This document shows positions 45,301 through 62,752 of a DNA stretch of 64,000 nt, one piece after another (within the stretch, counting starts at the first letter, position 1; each line of letters opens with the position of its first letter). The DNA is taken from NCBI RefSeq assembly GCF_009914755.1, contig NC_060927.1. One strand, 5' to 3'. Source of the DNA: the human T2T-CHM13v2.0 reference genome, Homo sapiens. The translations under genes were made by a program, and so were the position numbers. Under the pieces are notes generated by a model. That model was not told the DNA's origin. It saw only the letters and a program-made list of their open reading frames with translations, and did not search any database.

Positions 45301-45888
45301 ATCCTGGTAAGAAATTTTTCTTTCAGCCACTCCTGTGAGAGTAGAGAAGCTTCTTGATTTCCATATCTTTCTATTCCCTATGACACCCTAGCCTCAGTAC
45401 TAGGAGGTAGTGAAGGGGACCTCTTCAAAGACCATTCAAGGAAAACTTACTCCTTTCAGCCTTTCCTGAATCAACTAATATTTTATTTCCTTCTTAAGAA
45501 TCCCCACATGTTCCTTTCTGTTAGTTACCTTGACCTCTTAGTATTCTTACATTCTACACATGACTCATCCACTCTATTTAAAGTTAATTTATTTGAGGTC
45601 AAGTGTGGGGTCTTACTCATCCTGAGGTAGAATTATCCTCTATAGCATCTAACTCTATGCTTTTCATCTGGCAGGACTTCTGCAAATATTTATTTCAGTT
45701 TTGTTGAATTGTGCTTATCAACAGTACATTAAAAGTTATGCAGAAAATGCTTTCTCATAAGGGAAACATTCTAACTAAAATTGTAGCTATTTTTTTAAAT
45801 AGGATTATCACAGAGGTCTTGGTTCTGCACTTTTTTTTTTTTAGATTATTTCATATTACCTTATTTTAACATGTGTTGATAAGCCTGA

Positions 45889-46247
45889 TGATATGGTTTG
45901 GCTGTGTCCGCAACATCCAACTCTCACCTTGAATTGTAATAATCCCCATGTGCTGAGGGCGGGGCCAGGTAGAGGTAAATTGAATCATGGGGGTGGTTTC
46001 CCCCATACTGTTCTCTTGGTAGAGAATAAGTCTCACGAGATCTGATGGTTTTATAAACGAGAGTTCCCCTGCACAAGCTCTCTTGCCTGCTGTCATGTAA
46101 GGTGTAGCTTTGCTCTTCATTCGCCTTCTGCCATGATTGTGAGGCCTCCCCAGCCGTGTGGAACTGTGAGTCAATTAAACCTCTTTTCTTTATAAATTAC
46201 CCAGTCTTGGGTATGTCTTTATTAGCAGTGTGAGAACAGACCAATCA
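45889..46247 (+). mobile_element. THE1 (THE1C-like) MaLR solo LTR
   Basis: TGATATGGTTTGGCTGTGTCC start; ggaactgtgagtcaattaaacc; perfect 5-bp TSD CCTGA. Confidence 0.93.
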
Positions 46248-46545
46248 CCTGAGTTTTCTTTATCAAGCCTACACATTTTTACCTGCTTATAACTTAGCTT
46301 ATTGATTATGTCGTTGACTTATCCATTTACAAAAATATTATTTGATCATGCCAGGGGTGAAGTAGGGTGGGGAGGTGCATCTTAGAACCATAAATTGGTT
46401 TTCTAGAAAAGTAACATAAAGAACTGGAGTTCTCTCATATTTTTGCAGAACTCATTAATTGTTATATTTTTATAATTTTATTCATTCTTACTTACAGACT
46501 ATCTTAAAAGGGTTTAATCTCAATTTGTTCATCTTTCTCTACTCA

Positions 46546-46963
<418 letters not shown>

Positions 46964-47205
46964 TTAATATTAGCTAATGCCTTGAGTGCTTGCTGGGTGT
47001 AAGAAACTTTGCTGGCTGTGGCAAATGGATTGTTTCATCCAAGTTTTTTGAGAGTCATACAGTGAGAATGTATGTTATTATGACCCCCATAGTGCACACA
47101 TGGAGCAGAGCTTTGAAGTGCCTATATACTCATGTTAAAATATGATGATGGTAGAGCTTGAACTCAGGTCAATGTGACTGATAAGTCAGAGGTTTTTACC
47201 ACTAA

Positions 47206-47510
47206 TTTTTTTTTTTTTTTTTTTTTTTGAGAAGGTGTCTCGCTGTATCGCCCAGGCTGGAATGCAGTGGCACCATCTCGGCTCACTGCAACCTCCGCCT
47301 CCTGGGTTCAGACGATTCTCTTGCCTCAGCCACTGGAGAAGCTGGGATTATAGGCACCCGTCACCACGCCCAGCTAATTTTTGTATTTTTAATAGAGACG
47401 GGGTTTCACTATATTGGCCAGGCTGGTCTCAAACTCCTGACCTCAGATGATCCACCTGCTTCAGCCTTCCAAAGTGCTGAGATTACAGGCATGAGCCACC
47501 AACCCCGGCC
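47206..47510 (-). mobile_element. AluS inserted at the end of a MIR
   Basis: TSD taccactaa. Confidence 0.95.
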
Positions 47511-48415
47511 TACCACTAAATTGAAGTTGTGTAACCCTACGAAGGTGACACAATTTTAAGTAGCTTCTATAATTTCCTCAGCTCTTTTTGTAATGAAGTC
47601 TTTGTCTGATTGCAAGCTTACAGGAGGTGAGGAGTGTGTGGAGGAATTTCAGCCAATTGAATGGAATTTTCCTTAATATGGATGGAGGGCTGTTTTATGA
47701 CATTAATAAATAAATCCATTCATTCAAAATATATTGAGTATCTACTATGTGCAAAGGCATTTCTCAGCACTTGCATCATGTTAGTGAGCTTCTCTTTTTT
47801 AAACTTCCCACAGCAGGCAGAGAAGTCTGGTACTGGTTTGCCTGCTATACGGAGGGGTTTGATGCAGGGAGCCTAGCTGATTCCAGTGTCAAAACCAAGA
47901 CAAACTCACATTAATTCATAGGCACCTTGACGCCAGGATACAGCAGCACACTTGGATCTTACTATTGTTGACTGGGATTGATGATAAAATAGCTTTGGAT
48001 TTGTTATGAAAAGTGGGTATGTTCATGGACTTCATGGTTCTATATAGATATGTAGACACATCATGTGTCATCAACCTGCAGCTACCTGCCATCCCCTGCT
48101 ACTCCTGCTTTTACATGCCAAGCAAGGGCCTTCTCATCTCGCTTATGGATAAGCTTTTAACAGTGGCAATGGGGCCTAGCATCACCTAGTAACCATATCA
48201 CTGGCTAAACCAGTGGTTTTTCAAATTCGCCCTTTGATAGGCCCATGAGGTAGATTGACATTCCGCTTGTATGAGTAGAAAATGGTGTTCGTTTATAATT
48301 CATCGGGAAGAAAATAGGCCACTGGATATAATTTCCTCAATTAAAAAATTTTCATATAGATGGACATGAAAAATTTTAAATTGAGGATATATATACACAT
48401 ATACCTACACAGATA

Positions 48416-48416
<1 letters not shown>

Positions 48417-48458
<42 letters not shown>
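48417..48458. repeat. (CA)n microsatellite
   Basis: About 21 CA units. Confidence 0.95.
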
Positions 48459-48461
<3 letters not shown>

Positions 48462-48664
48462 GACTTCTGCTAGTAAATTACAAATGAAATTGTTAGTAGC
48501 TCTGTATACACATAAGCAGGAAAGTAGCTGATCAGATTTAATTCAATAACTTACTTTTTTTTTTTTTACAGATCTGTGGTTACAACTCTATCTACAGATA
48601 TATTTGCTGAAGAAAATATTTCTTCCACCTTCCACAGCAAAATTCCATTCATTTAAGACCAATA

Positions 48665-48979
48665 CAGCATGTCCCAAATGTCTTAGTCCAGTTTTAATCT
48701 TTAATAGCTTCAGAAGTGTGAAATTACAAACATGCCCCCCAAAAATCATTTGAAAGTTTAATTATTTAAATTTCTCTTTGTATTTACATTTGTGGATTTT
48801 GAAAAATCAATATTTAATTGTACTTTGTTTGTTGCTGTCCTTCTGATTGAAGATGGCAAACATTGACTTAAAGACCAAAAAGTTGTAACTAAATATGTAT
48901 TATTCAAAATTATCAAAACTAAATAAGTGACCAAGAAATTCAAATGATTAGACTTTCAAAGGGTGATTTTTTATGTGTT

Positions 48980-49018
<39 letters not shown>

Positions 49019-49077
49019 TATTTTTTCTTCTGAAGAAACTGATCTTGAAACTCTACTAAGATTTTAGGGACATCTAG
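48665..49077. mobile_element. Tc1/mariner-type non-autonomous DNA transposon containing (TG)n at ~48983-49016
   Basis: TA-preceded left end cagcatgtcccaaatgtcttagt and complementary right end actaagattttagggacatct. Confidence 0.6.
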
Positions 49078-49242
49078 TTTAATGAGCAAATGCTTTGTGT
49101 CTGGGACTGCAGCATGCACTAGATATTTAAGAGATTAACATAAAATAATAATAATAATACAAAAACAACAACACATCCTCTCAGACATGGAAGAAAATTC
49201 CACTTGAGAAATGGACCAATACATGACGCACTAATAAAATAG

Positions 49243-49555
49243 CAAAGGCTCTCAAACATCAATGTGCTGAAGAATCACATGGCAAGCATGCCAAGCAGGC
49301 AAGTTCCAGGGCCCCTTCTCCAGGTGTAAGGCTCTAGAAACTATATTTTTCTTGAATGCTCTCAGGAGATTCTGAGATTGGTGTTTTCAATTGCCCTCAA
49401 ACTTAAGTCTGCATCAGATCTGCCTGAAAGTTTGTTAAAACACACATTGTTGGGCTCCACCCTCAGAGTTTCTGGATTACTAGATTTGCATTTCTAACCA
49501 GTTCCCAGGTGCTGCTATCACTGGTCCAATGACCACACTTTAAAAACCCATTGCT
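49243..49555. mobile_element. MER5-type (hAT-Charlie) fragments
   Basis: ctcaaac...agaatcac; tttgcatttctaaccagttcccaggtg...gaccacacttt. Confidence 0.7.
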
Positions 49556-51727
49556 TACAGAAAATACCTTCAGTATAGGATGTGTGTTTCATGAAAGATG
49601 AGTTTACAGAGACCCATAGGAGTGCAAAGGGCCTCTACCCTAAATTGGCCAAAGGTAGTCTAAAAACTAGCTAGATTTTTATTGAACCAAGCAAGATTAT
49701 AAGAACTTTAATTGAACTACCTCATTTAATATTTTCAATAAGATACGTAAGTCCTACTTAATGTCCCCAATTTACAGATAAATTAATTTACCCAAGTCAT
49801 ACAACCAGTAAGTAGTAGATTAAAAATTCAAATCTAGAAAGTCTGATTCCAGAGCCCACACACTTTTATACTTATATTATTTTCAATTGACAAATTATAA
49901 TTGTATTACATTTATAGAATACAGTGTGATGTTTTTGATATATGAACATAGTGGAGTGATTAGATCAAGGGAATCACACTTACTTGACGTTGTTTTGTGG
50001 CGATACATTTGAAATTTATTCTCTTATTTTGAAAGATATAACACACTACACCCTTACCTGTTCTGTTTTACTTATTTTGCTTAATCATTCTGCTTATATA
50101 CAGGGGTAAAATGTTGTCAGCCCAGGCTTTCTGGAGGAACTGACCTCTGAGTGTAATTTTTAGAAAGATGAGTGGACATAAAAATATTACCATTTTTTAA
50201 AAGATGTTGTGAATAGTATCAGGACTTCTAAAAGAGCCAGACCTCACCACACAGTTACCTCAAGCAAATCTGATGATTAATAGTCTAGAATAGGAGGATA
50301 ACTATGGGATGCTAGGAAGAATTCTGGGAACCTGAGGTTAGAATTCAGTATCGATTTATAATGAGTTTACCTGCAATAATAGAACCTGAATAAGAGTTAC
50401 TTACCTAACTTTCCTCATGTAACAGTTTGGAGATTGTTTTTATGTTAATTCAGCCACTAAGTGGTATCCATGAGGGACTAGGTTCTCTTATCTTCCTGTC
50501 CCCTCACCTCTGGTGTGTCACTGTGTTACAAGAGAGTTGCAAGACGGCTACTGAATCTGCAGCTGCATTCCCAATGTTTAACCCAGAAGAAAGAACATTT
50601 AAAAGGGGATGTGGAGCAAAGAAAGTATTTACCAAAACTCATCATCAGACTCTCACTTAGATCTCGTTAGCTAGGGCTTTAAACTGGCCACCTTAGTTTT
50701 GAGGATATTAGGGATTTGGCAATCAGGGTTTTGATAGCAGGGAATGAGGGGAGAATGGGTAATTAATCAGATGGCTCACAGAGTCTGCACAGACTTCATT
50801 CCCAGTCTCCCCGACAAAGAACCCCAAATTCTACTTTATTTTATGCATTTTACCTTGAATAGTGGGGAAAAATTACTTATCTGTAAATAGCCTCCTACAA
50901 AGGGTGCAATTATATAATTATACAACACCCTAGAGAGCCTCTTTCTTCTAAAAACTCTTTGAAAAATGTTCAAGGTTGAGGATATTTTGATCTTAATTTA
51001 GTAACTTGCAGTTGATTATCCTGGAATGACATTCTCTTTCTCTGCAGATGTCCTGGCGGGCTTTAGAAACTTCTGGAAGAAGTGGACAGAGAATTCTTAT
51101 GGTTCACATATAAACAATATGAATCTTTTGGAAGAAAAATTCATTTAGGGACCAAAAGCCCCTTTATATCTGATTTTTTTTCCCTCTCACCAAATTTTCA
51201 CAAATTTTCCTTTCCAAAATGCCTTTGAGCAAATCTGTTTGATATCACCCCATCCACTTCTCCTGTCTGAATTCTTTATTACTAAGAATCCTTCAGCATT
51301 CCATCTCTCACTCGTCTTTGTCAAAAGCATTTCTCAGTGTCTTTATTCCTTCTCGTCTCGTATTTGGACTCATCTCTCAAACTGAAAAAGGAGATGGCTA
51401 TGGTTTCTCCAGAAGCTTGGAGAACTTCCCTTTGCAAAAAAAGGTAGCGATGTTAATTAACTTGAAAGGTAAGCAATGTGTGTAATGCTTCTAATAATTT
51501 ATTAAAAGTTTATTATAATCAGTATGTTATTATAATTTATTATAAGTTTATCTCTCAGTTACTCTGTAGTTCAGTTTGGACTTCACTGGCTTAGCAATCA
51601 GTTTTCTGCTCAGTGATTCAAGAGCCTACCGTTTCAATTATATGCCTGTACATTGTCTCAAAAAGGAAAGGAGACAGGAAATTGCAAGCTCAATTATAAA
51701 CTCATTATTCCTCAAATACACATTCTT

Positions 51728-52325
51728 TTTTTCTTTTAATTTTTATTTTTAGTTCTGGGGTACATGTGCAGGATGTGCAGGTTTGTTACATGGGTAAATG
51801 TGTGCCATGGTGGTTTGCTGCACTATCAACCCATTACATAGGTATTAAGCCCAGCATGCATTTTCTATGTTTCCTAATGCTCTCCCTTCCCTCACTCCAC
51901 CCCCCAACAGTCTCCAGTGTGTGTTGTTCCCCTCCCTGTGTCCATGTGTTCTCATTGTTCAGCTCCCATTTATAAGTGAGAACATGCGGTGTTTGGTTTT
52001 CTGTTTCTGCATTAGTTTGCTGAGGATAATGTCTTCCAGCTTTATCCACGTCCCTGCAAAGGACATTATATCATTCATTTTATGGCTGCATAATATTCCA
52101 TGGTTTATATGTACCACATTTTCTTTATCCAGTCTATTGTTGATGGGCATTTGGTCTAATACCCACAATCTACAAGGAACTCAAACAAATTTACAAGAAA
52201 AAAAAAACCTCATTAAAAATGGGCAAAGGACATGAACAGATACTTCTCAAAAGAAGACATTCATGCAGCAAACAAGCATGAAAAAAAACTCAACATCACT
52301 GATCATTAGAGAAATGCAAATCAAA
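51728..52325 (-). mobile_element. L1PA 3' end with twin-priming inversion
   Basis: 51728-52154 is an L1 3' end on the minus strand; 52153-52325 is L1 ORF2 on the plus strand. One 16-bp TSD tcaaatacacattctt/tcaaatatacattctt surrounds both. Confidence 0.9.
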
Positions 52326-52519
52326 TATACATTCTTATAAAATTTCTGGTAGCGTTCTGTGGGCCAGTAAGCAGTAATGTGGCCACACTCAGATGCATAG
52401 AGATGGGGAATACTATCCTAAGCCTTATCTCAACACTGCTACAATCTGGAGGGGCTAAAAATGTTTAGTCAATAGGTGTTCATTTCTGCCACAATGATCG
52501 ATTAGTCTAAGGCAATTGA

Positions 52520-52522
<3 letters not shown>

Positions 52523-52556
<34 letters not shown>
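52523..52556. repeat. (TG)n microsatellite
   Basis: About 17 units. Confidence 0.95.
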
Positions 52557-52558
<2 letters not shown>

Positions 52559-53000
52559 TAGTATGAGCTGAAACTTGTGGAAGTCCACCTTAAAAATATA
52601 GATAAATCCAACTGTGGTTCACTGTTATCTTTCCTGGTTGCAGTTGATTACTGTTTTCCTTCATCCTCTACCTCTCATCCACCTTAGTATCAGTGTGGTA
52701 AAAACTGAAAGAAATTATTCCAAGATCTCCAATTCTTTGAAAGGTATAGCATACCTAGACCCTAACAGTTTTACTCTGTACAACTTTTACCAATTCCAAA
52801 TGATGAATTTGTGGAAAATTAATGCAGAAAAAAAGGCTGATTTTCTTTTGTACAAATACTCTGAGCCATGTTGCAGGGTAATTGGAAAATTCGGGAAATC
52901 TAAAGCTTCTTGTTGAAAATTAAAATACTTTTAATTATAAAAGTAGCATAAACTCATTGTGGAAACTACAAAAATTAAAAAGGCATAAAGAAAAAGTATA

Positions 53001-53160
53001 AGCCAGGCATGGTAGCATTAGCTTTTAGTCCCAGCTACTCCAGAGCCTAAGGCTGCATGTTTGCTTGAGCCCAGGAGTTCCAGGCTGCCATGGGCTATAG
53101 TTGCACCACTGCCCCCCGGCCTGGACAACACAGCAAGACCTTGTTTCCCCAAAAAAAAAT
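53001..53160 (+). mobile_element. Fossil Alu monomer (FAM/FRAM-like) within an old L1ME
   Basis: Single monomer with perfect TSD aaaaagtata; diverged L1ME-like sequence spans ~52920-53950. Confidence 0.8.
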
Positions 53161-55144
53161 AAAAAGTATAAATAACTTAAAATCCCATTATCCCATTTCC
53201 AATAAATGATCTTCATAACATTCTTGAGATTTTTTTGTTTGTGGGTGTACACACAGGCACAATGCAAGCAAATATATAATACTTTTAATTATTAGACCAA
53301 ACTATAAAAATGTTTTGTATCTTTTTTGCTTATTAGTATATAATGAGCATGATTCCATGTCATTTAATAAGGCTATATCACAAACTTAAATAGCTCAGCA
53401 GCATTTCATTATTTACGTAGCCAGTTTCCTGCCACTCAAAATTTAGGTTTACCTCTCTCTTTTCTTTGGTACTACAGAAAAATGAGAAAAACATCTTTGT
53501 GCATATGTCTTCCTGCATTTATTCATTTCCTTAGAATGACTTTTTAGAAATTGAAGGGCCACTTTTCAATTTGAGTACATATTGACGTATGAGCCTATGG
53601 AAGAGTTGCACTACCTTACCTTTCTATCAGCAATTTAACATCGTGTGTAGATTCTCACACTCTCTACAGTACCAGCATTAGCCATTTATTTCATTTGTGC
53701 CACTCTGTTGAGTAAAACATGAGACCTACATGATTCTAACTATATTTCTTTGGTTAATAATTGTGAGATTAAACTTATTTTAATGTATTTATTGACTGTT
53801 TGTATTTCTTCTTTTGTGACTTTATGACCTTTATGCATTTATTCACATTGATTTACAATAACTTTTTATATATTATAATGTTTATTATTTTGTTATAGTT
53901 TTCAATGTAATTTTTCTTTTTTAATTTATAAATTATAATCTCATGTTTATAGAAATTCTTTAATATTGTCTAGTCTATTCAAAAACACTTTAATAGTTCA
54001 GACACAGGGAGAAATCATCAGTCACTCTCTTACATTTTATAATCAATTTATTTCCTTTGCCAGTATGTGAATATAACTCCTTATTTTATATTATGTTTGG
54101 AAATGATTTATTCCCTCTGAAAGGGATTATAGCCTCTATGAAACTGTAAAGCCAGATTTTATATGGCACATAGGGTGTATAGGAAAAATGAAAGGCCATA
54201 AATCACACTCCATTGAATATTGCCTTATTTATAAAGATGGCATTTTAGGTTGTATACTTGTCATCAGATAAGCATAATTAATTTTGTTAGTATTAGCAAG
54301 AACAGCCTAGGAAAGCTTCACAGCAAGAAGTGAGTGGTTATGGGAGCAGGAAATAGCCTCTGTCTCATCCAAAACAGCAAGGACTTGAAACCGTGAGGAT
54401 CCTGCTTATAGAATCTTGATCCAGTCAGCCCAGCCAACATGTGTTGTCAAGTAGGGCAAGTAGATTTGAGAAGTCTGAGAAGTTATCTTGGTCTCTTCTG
54501 GAAATGAGCAGCAACGTACTGTGCAGGGCAGAGATCATCAGCACAAGGTCTGGAGACATGGAACTCCCCCTATAGCCATTAAAGTCAGTGTGAGACAAAA
54601 ATGCCAATATAAGTTATATTGATGACAGTATCAGTGAGATGACATTTAGTCCTCTAAAATTCCAACATGTTTTTGCAGTGTGCCATCCATTGGTAAATAG
54701 GCAGAGCCATTTGACAGATCTATTCAGTACAATGAATGAATCTGGCACTCACATTTAGAAAAAATGAAATTATATCAATTTGTCAAGTACAGTAGCTACC
54801 TGTTCTGTTTTATTTCTCCAGGTAGAACTAGATGACATTGCAGGCAGTGAGATGTTATCATGTTTGACCCCTGGAACTGTCCAAAAATGGAAGAAGCTGC
54901 CTCATCAGGTAGTTAATTTCTTGTCATTGGGAGTATTAAGTAGGTTTGTATGATCAGCAAGTTAAAGAGCCTATTTATCATTTCTAAAATATTGTACACA
55001 CTAGTGCATTCAGGTTAGTATAAAGAATTCCTCACAATATATTAGGACAGTTTTAAATATTTTAATTTGATTAGACACAATCTTTTAGTTATAAAAAACA
55101 TCACCATTTTGACCATTTAAATATGCCTTTATTTTCTCTTGTAA

Positions 55145-55605
<461 letters not shown>

Positions 55606-55704
55606 TTATTTCTATCCCTGGAAAATTTGCATTAATGAAATAAAGCATTCTTAGTATAATAAGTCTGAGCAGATGAGAATTTAAGTGAAGGTTCTATACA
55701 CACC

Positions 55705-56194
55705 TGATGCACGACAGGCAGACCCCCAAATTGAGGCTTAGCCCGAGAGGGTTCTTAGCTTCACCCACGAAACAATTTCAAAGGCAAGCCAGTGGTGTTA
55801 AACAACGACTTTTATTGAAGCAGTAGCCTACAGCAGCTGCAGAGGTACTGCTTCTTGCAGAGCAGGGCTACCCCCTAGGCAGCGTGCCCAGCTTAGGTAG
55901 CTTAGAGGGAGTTCTGCAGTCATACTTAGACCCACTTTTAATTATATGCAAATTAAGGGGCAACTTATGCAGAAATTTCTAGGATGAAGGTTGTAACTTC
56001 CGGGTTGTCCAGGTTGTTGCCGTGAAAAAGGGCAGTAATTTATGGGTATTGCCATGGCAATGATAAACCAAGATGGCACATTGGTGGGAGTGTCTTATGC
56101 GGAGGTGTTTCCACCCTGACCTGTTTGAGCTAGTCCATCATTTGGTCAGGTATCCAAGCCCGACCCCCAAAGCCTAGTCCTGCCTCCTACCACA
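55705..56194 (-). mobile_element. MER66-like ERV1 solo LTR
   Basis: TGATGC...cctgcctcctaccaca termini; 4-bp TSD CACC. Confidence 0.8.
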
Positions 56195-56549
56195 CACCCA
56201 GAAATATGGATTTATTCCCATGTCCGGTGCAAATGTAGGAAAAGCATTATTTTCTTATTATAAGGGAGGTATTATGAAGACCAACCAACTTAAAGAGTTT
56301 CTGTGTTGGAAATTGAGAGACCTCATTTCCTTCTGTGTTTACCCCACAAATGCCCGCAGGGGCTCTGAAGTTTTGTAGCAGCAACCTCATCTTACATCCT
56401 TGTCATTACAAGTAAACAGTGCCACACAATTAATAACTAATAATAGTTACAAGAAATATCACTTATTGAAGGTCTCCAGTCTATTAAGTATTTTATAATT
56501 ATTAACATATTGATGGATGCTATATTTTGTTTTCAAGTTAGTTTGAGTT

Positions 56550-56820
56550 TCTTTTCAGCTTTACTGACATATAATTGACAGTTAAAATTTGTATATATTC
56601 AACATGTACCACAAGATGATTTGATATATGTATACATTGTGGAATGTTTACCACAATCTAAATAATTAGCACATCTATTGCCACACATAGTTACCATTGT
56701 GTGTGTGTGTGTGTGGGTGTGTGTGTGTGTATGGTGAGGACACTAAGATTTTCTCTCTTGGCAAATTTCAAGTAACCAGTGCTGTATTATTAACTATAGT
56801 CACCATGTTGTACATTCGAT
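56550..56820 (-). mobile_element. L1MA 3' end fragment with internal (TG)n
   Basis: ataattgaca...tatacattgtggaatg...taactatagtcaccatgttgtaca. Confidence 0.75.
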
Positions 56821-56857
56821 CTGAAGGGTACTACATTGTTATGGTTAAGAGTGTAGT

Positions 56858-57115
56858 CCCGCATGTTGTCACCATAAGTGGGAGCTGAACAATGATAACA
56901 CATGGACACAGGGAGGGGAGCATCACACACCCACACACCGGGGCCTGTTTGGGAGTGAGGGGCTGGGGTAGGGATAGCGTTAGGAGAAATACCTAATGTA
57001 AATGATGAGTTGATGGGTGTAGCAAACTAACATGGCACATGTATACCTATGTAACAAACTTGCATATTGTGCACATGTACCTTAGAACTTAAAGTATAAT
57101 AATAGTAAAAGAAAA
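56858..57115 (+). mobile_element. Short L1PA 3' end
   Basis: gtgggagctgaacaatg...agaacttaaagtataat; approximate TSD aagagtgtagt/aacagtatagt. Confidence 0.9.
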
Positions 57116-57380
57116 CAGTATAGTTTCTCAAGCTCAATAATTCTGGGTTGGAATCTCACTTCCATTATGTCTTAATTGAGTGACTTCTGGTCCATTGTTT
57201 ATGCTTCATATTCCTCATGATTTTTTTTCTGTAAAAAAATACTAATGAATTATTGTCTGATATATAGAATATTTGTTGAATGAACACCTGCTTAGGCGAG
57301 ATGGTAAATGTGATGTTTAGCACTGTGTTACATATATCATTACTCTGTTAATTCTTGCAGTAATTTAACTGGTCAGTAAC

Positions 57381-57406
57381 AATAATAATAATAATAATAA
57401 TAATAA
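57381..57406. repeat. (AAT)n microsatellite
   Basis: About 8 units next to a MIR remnant. Confidence 0.85.
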
Positions 57407-58053
57407 ACAGTTTAATAAAATGCTTAGGATGTCCTAAGCACTTTGTATATATAATTCATTTAATCTATACTACACTATTTTATATAGATATTATCTTCCA
57501 AGTTTTTTTTTCAGAGGACATTGAGGATCAGCAAGATTGAGTACTTTGCTTAACCCGTGAACTCAGGTCAGAATTACTCCAAACATAATTTTTAACTACA
57601 AAATGTCTATCATTCTACCTCTGAATTTGTTGTTGTTTTTAACTTCCATACATCTGATTTGAAATTCCTTTATATATTTGGGGACCTTTTCACTTTATGA
57701 GTCTTGTTGAGGGACAGTGCCTTTCTCCCACTGTTTAAACTGAAAATACCAGACACATTTACATGTAAACAATGTGAAGGAAAGTTGACTCTCTTTATTT
57801 TTTTTTTTAGAAGTAAAGTTTAAAGTCTTTTTATTTTATTTTATTATTATTATGCTTTAAGTTTTAGGGTACATGTGCACAATGTGCAGGTTAGTCACAT
57901 ATGTATACATGTGCCATGCTGGTGTGCTGCACCCATTAACTTGTCATTTAGCATTAGGTATATCTCCTAATGCTATCCCTCCCCCCTTCCCCCACCCCAC
58001 AACAGTCCACAGAGTGTGATGTTCCCCTTCCTGTGTCCATGTGTTCTCATTGT

Positions 58054-61894
<3,841 letters not shown>

Positions 61895-61942
61895 TTATTT
61901 TGCTCATTAGTTGATGCAGTTTCTTCCTGGCCTCGATGGTCT

Positions 61943-62752
61943 TTACAATTTGGCATGATTTTGCAGTGGCTGGTACCGGTTGTTGCTTTCCGCGTTTAGT
62001 GCTTCCTTCAGGAGCTCTTTTAGAGCAGGCCTGGTGGTAACAAAATCTCTCAGCATTTGCTTGTCTGTAAAGTATTTTATTTCTCCTTCACTTATGAGGC
62101 TTAGTTTGGCTGGATATGAAAATCTGGGTTGAAAATTCTTTTCTTTAGGAATGTTGAATATTGGCCCCCACTCTCTTCTGGCTTGTAGAGTTTCTGCCGA
62201 GAGATCCACTGTTAGTCTGATGGGCTTCCCTTTGTGGGTAACCCGACCTTTCTCTCTGGCTGCCCTTAACATTTTTTCCTTCATTTCAACTTTGGCAAAT
62301 CTGACAATTATGTGTGTTGGAGTTGCTCTTCTCGAGGAGTATCTTTGTGGCGTTCTCTGTATTTCCTGAATCTGAATGTTGGCCTGCCTTGCTAGATTGG
62401 GGAAGTTCTCCTTTATAATATCCTGCAGAGTGTTTTCCAACTTGGTTCTATTCTCCCCGTCACTTTCAGGTAGGCCAATCAGACATAGATTTGGTCTTTT
62501 CACATAGTCCCATATTTCTTGGATGCTTTGTTCATTTCTTTTTATTCTTTTTTCTGTAAACTTCCCTTCTCGCTTCATTTCATTCATTTCATCTTCCATC
62601 ACTGATACCCTTTCTTCCAGTTGGTTGCATCGGCTCCTGAGGCTTCTGCATTCTTCACGTAGTTCTCGAGCCTTGGCTTTCAGCTCCATCAGCTCCTTTA
62701 AGCACTTCTCTGTATTGGTTATTCTAGTTATACATTCGTCTAAATTTTTTTC
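61943..62752 (-). pseudogene. 5'-truncated L1 ORF1
   Basis: MELKAKARELREECRSL...YQPLQNHAKL matches the C-terminal ~250 aa of ORF1p. Confidence 0.93.
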
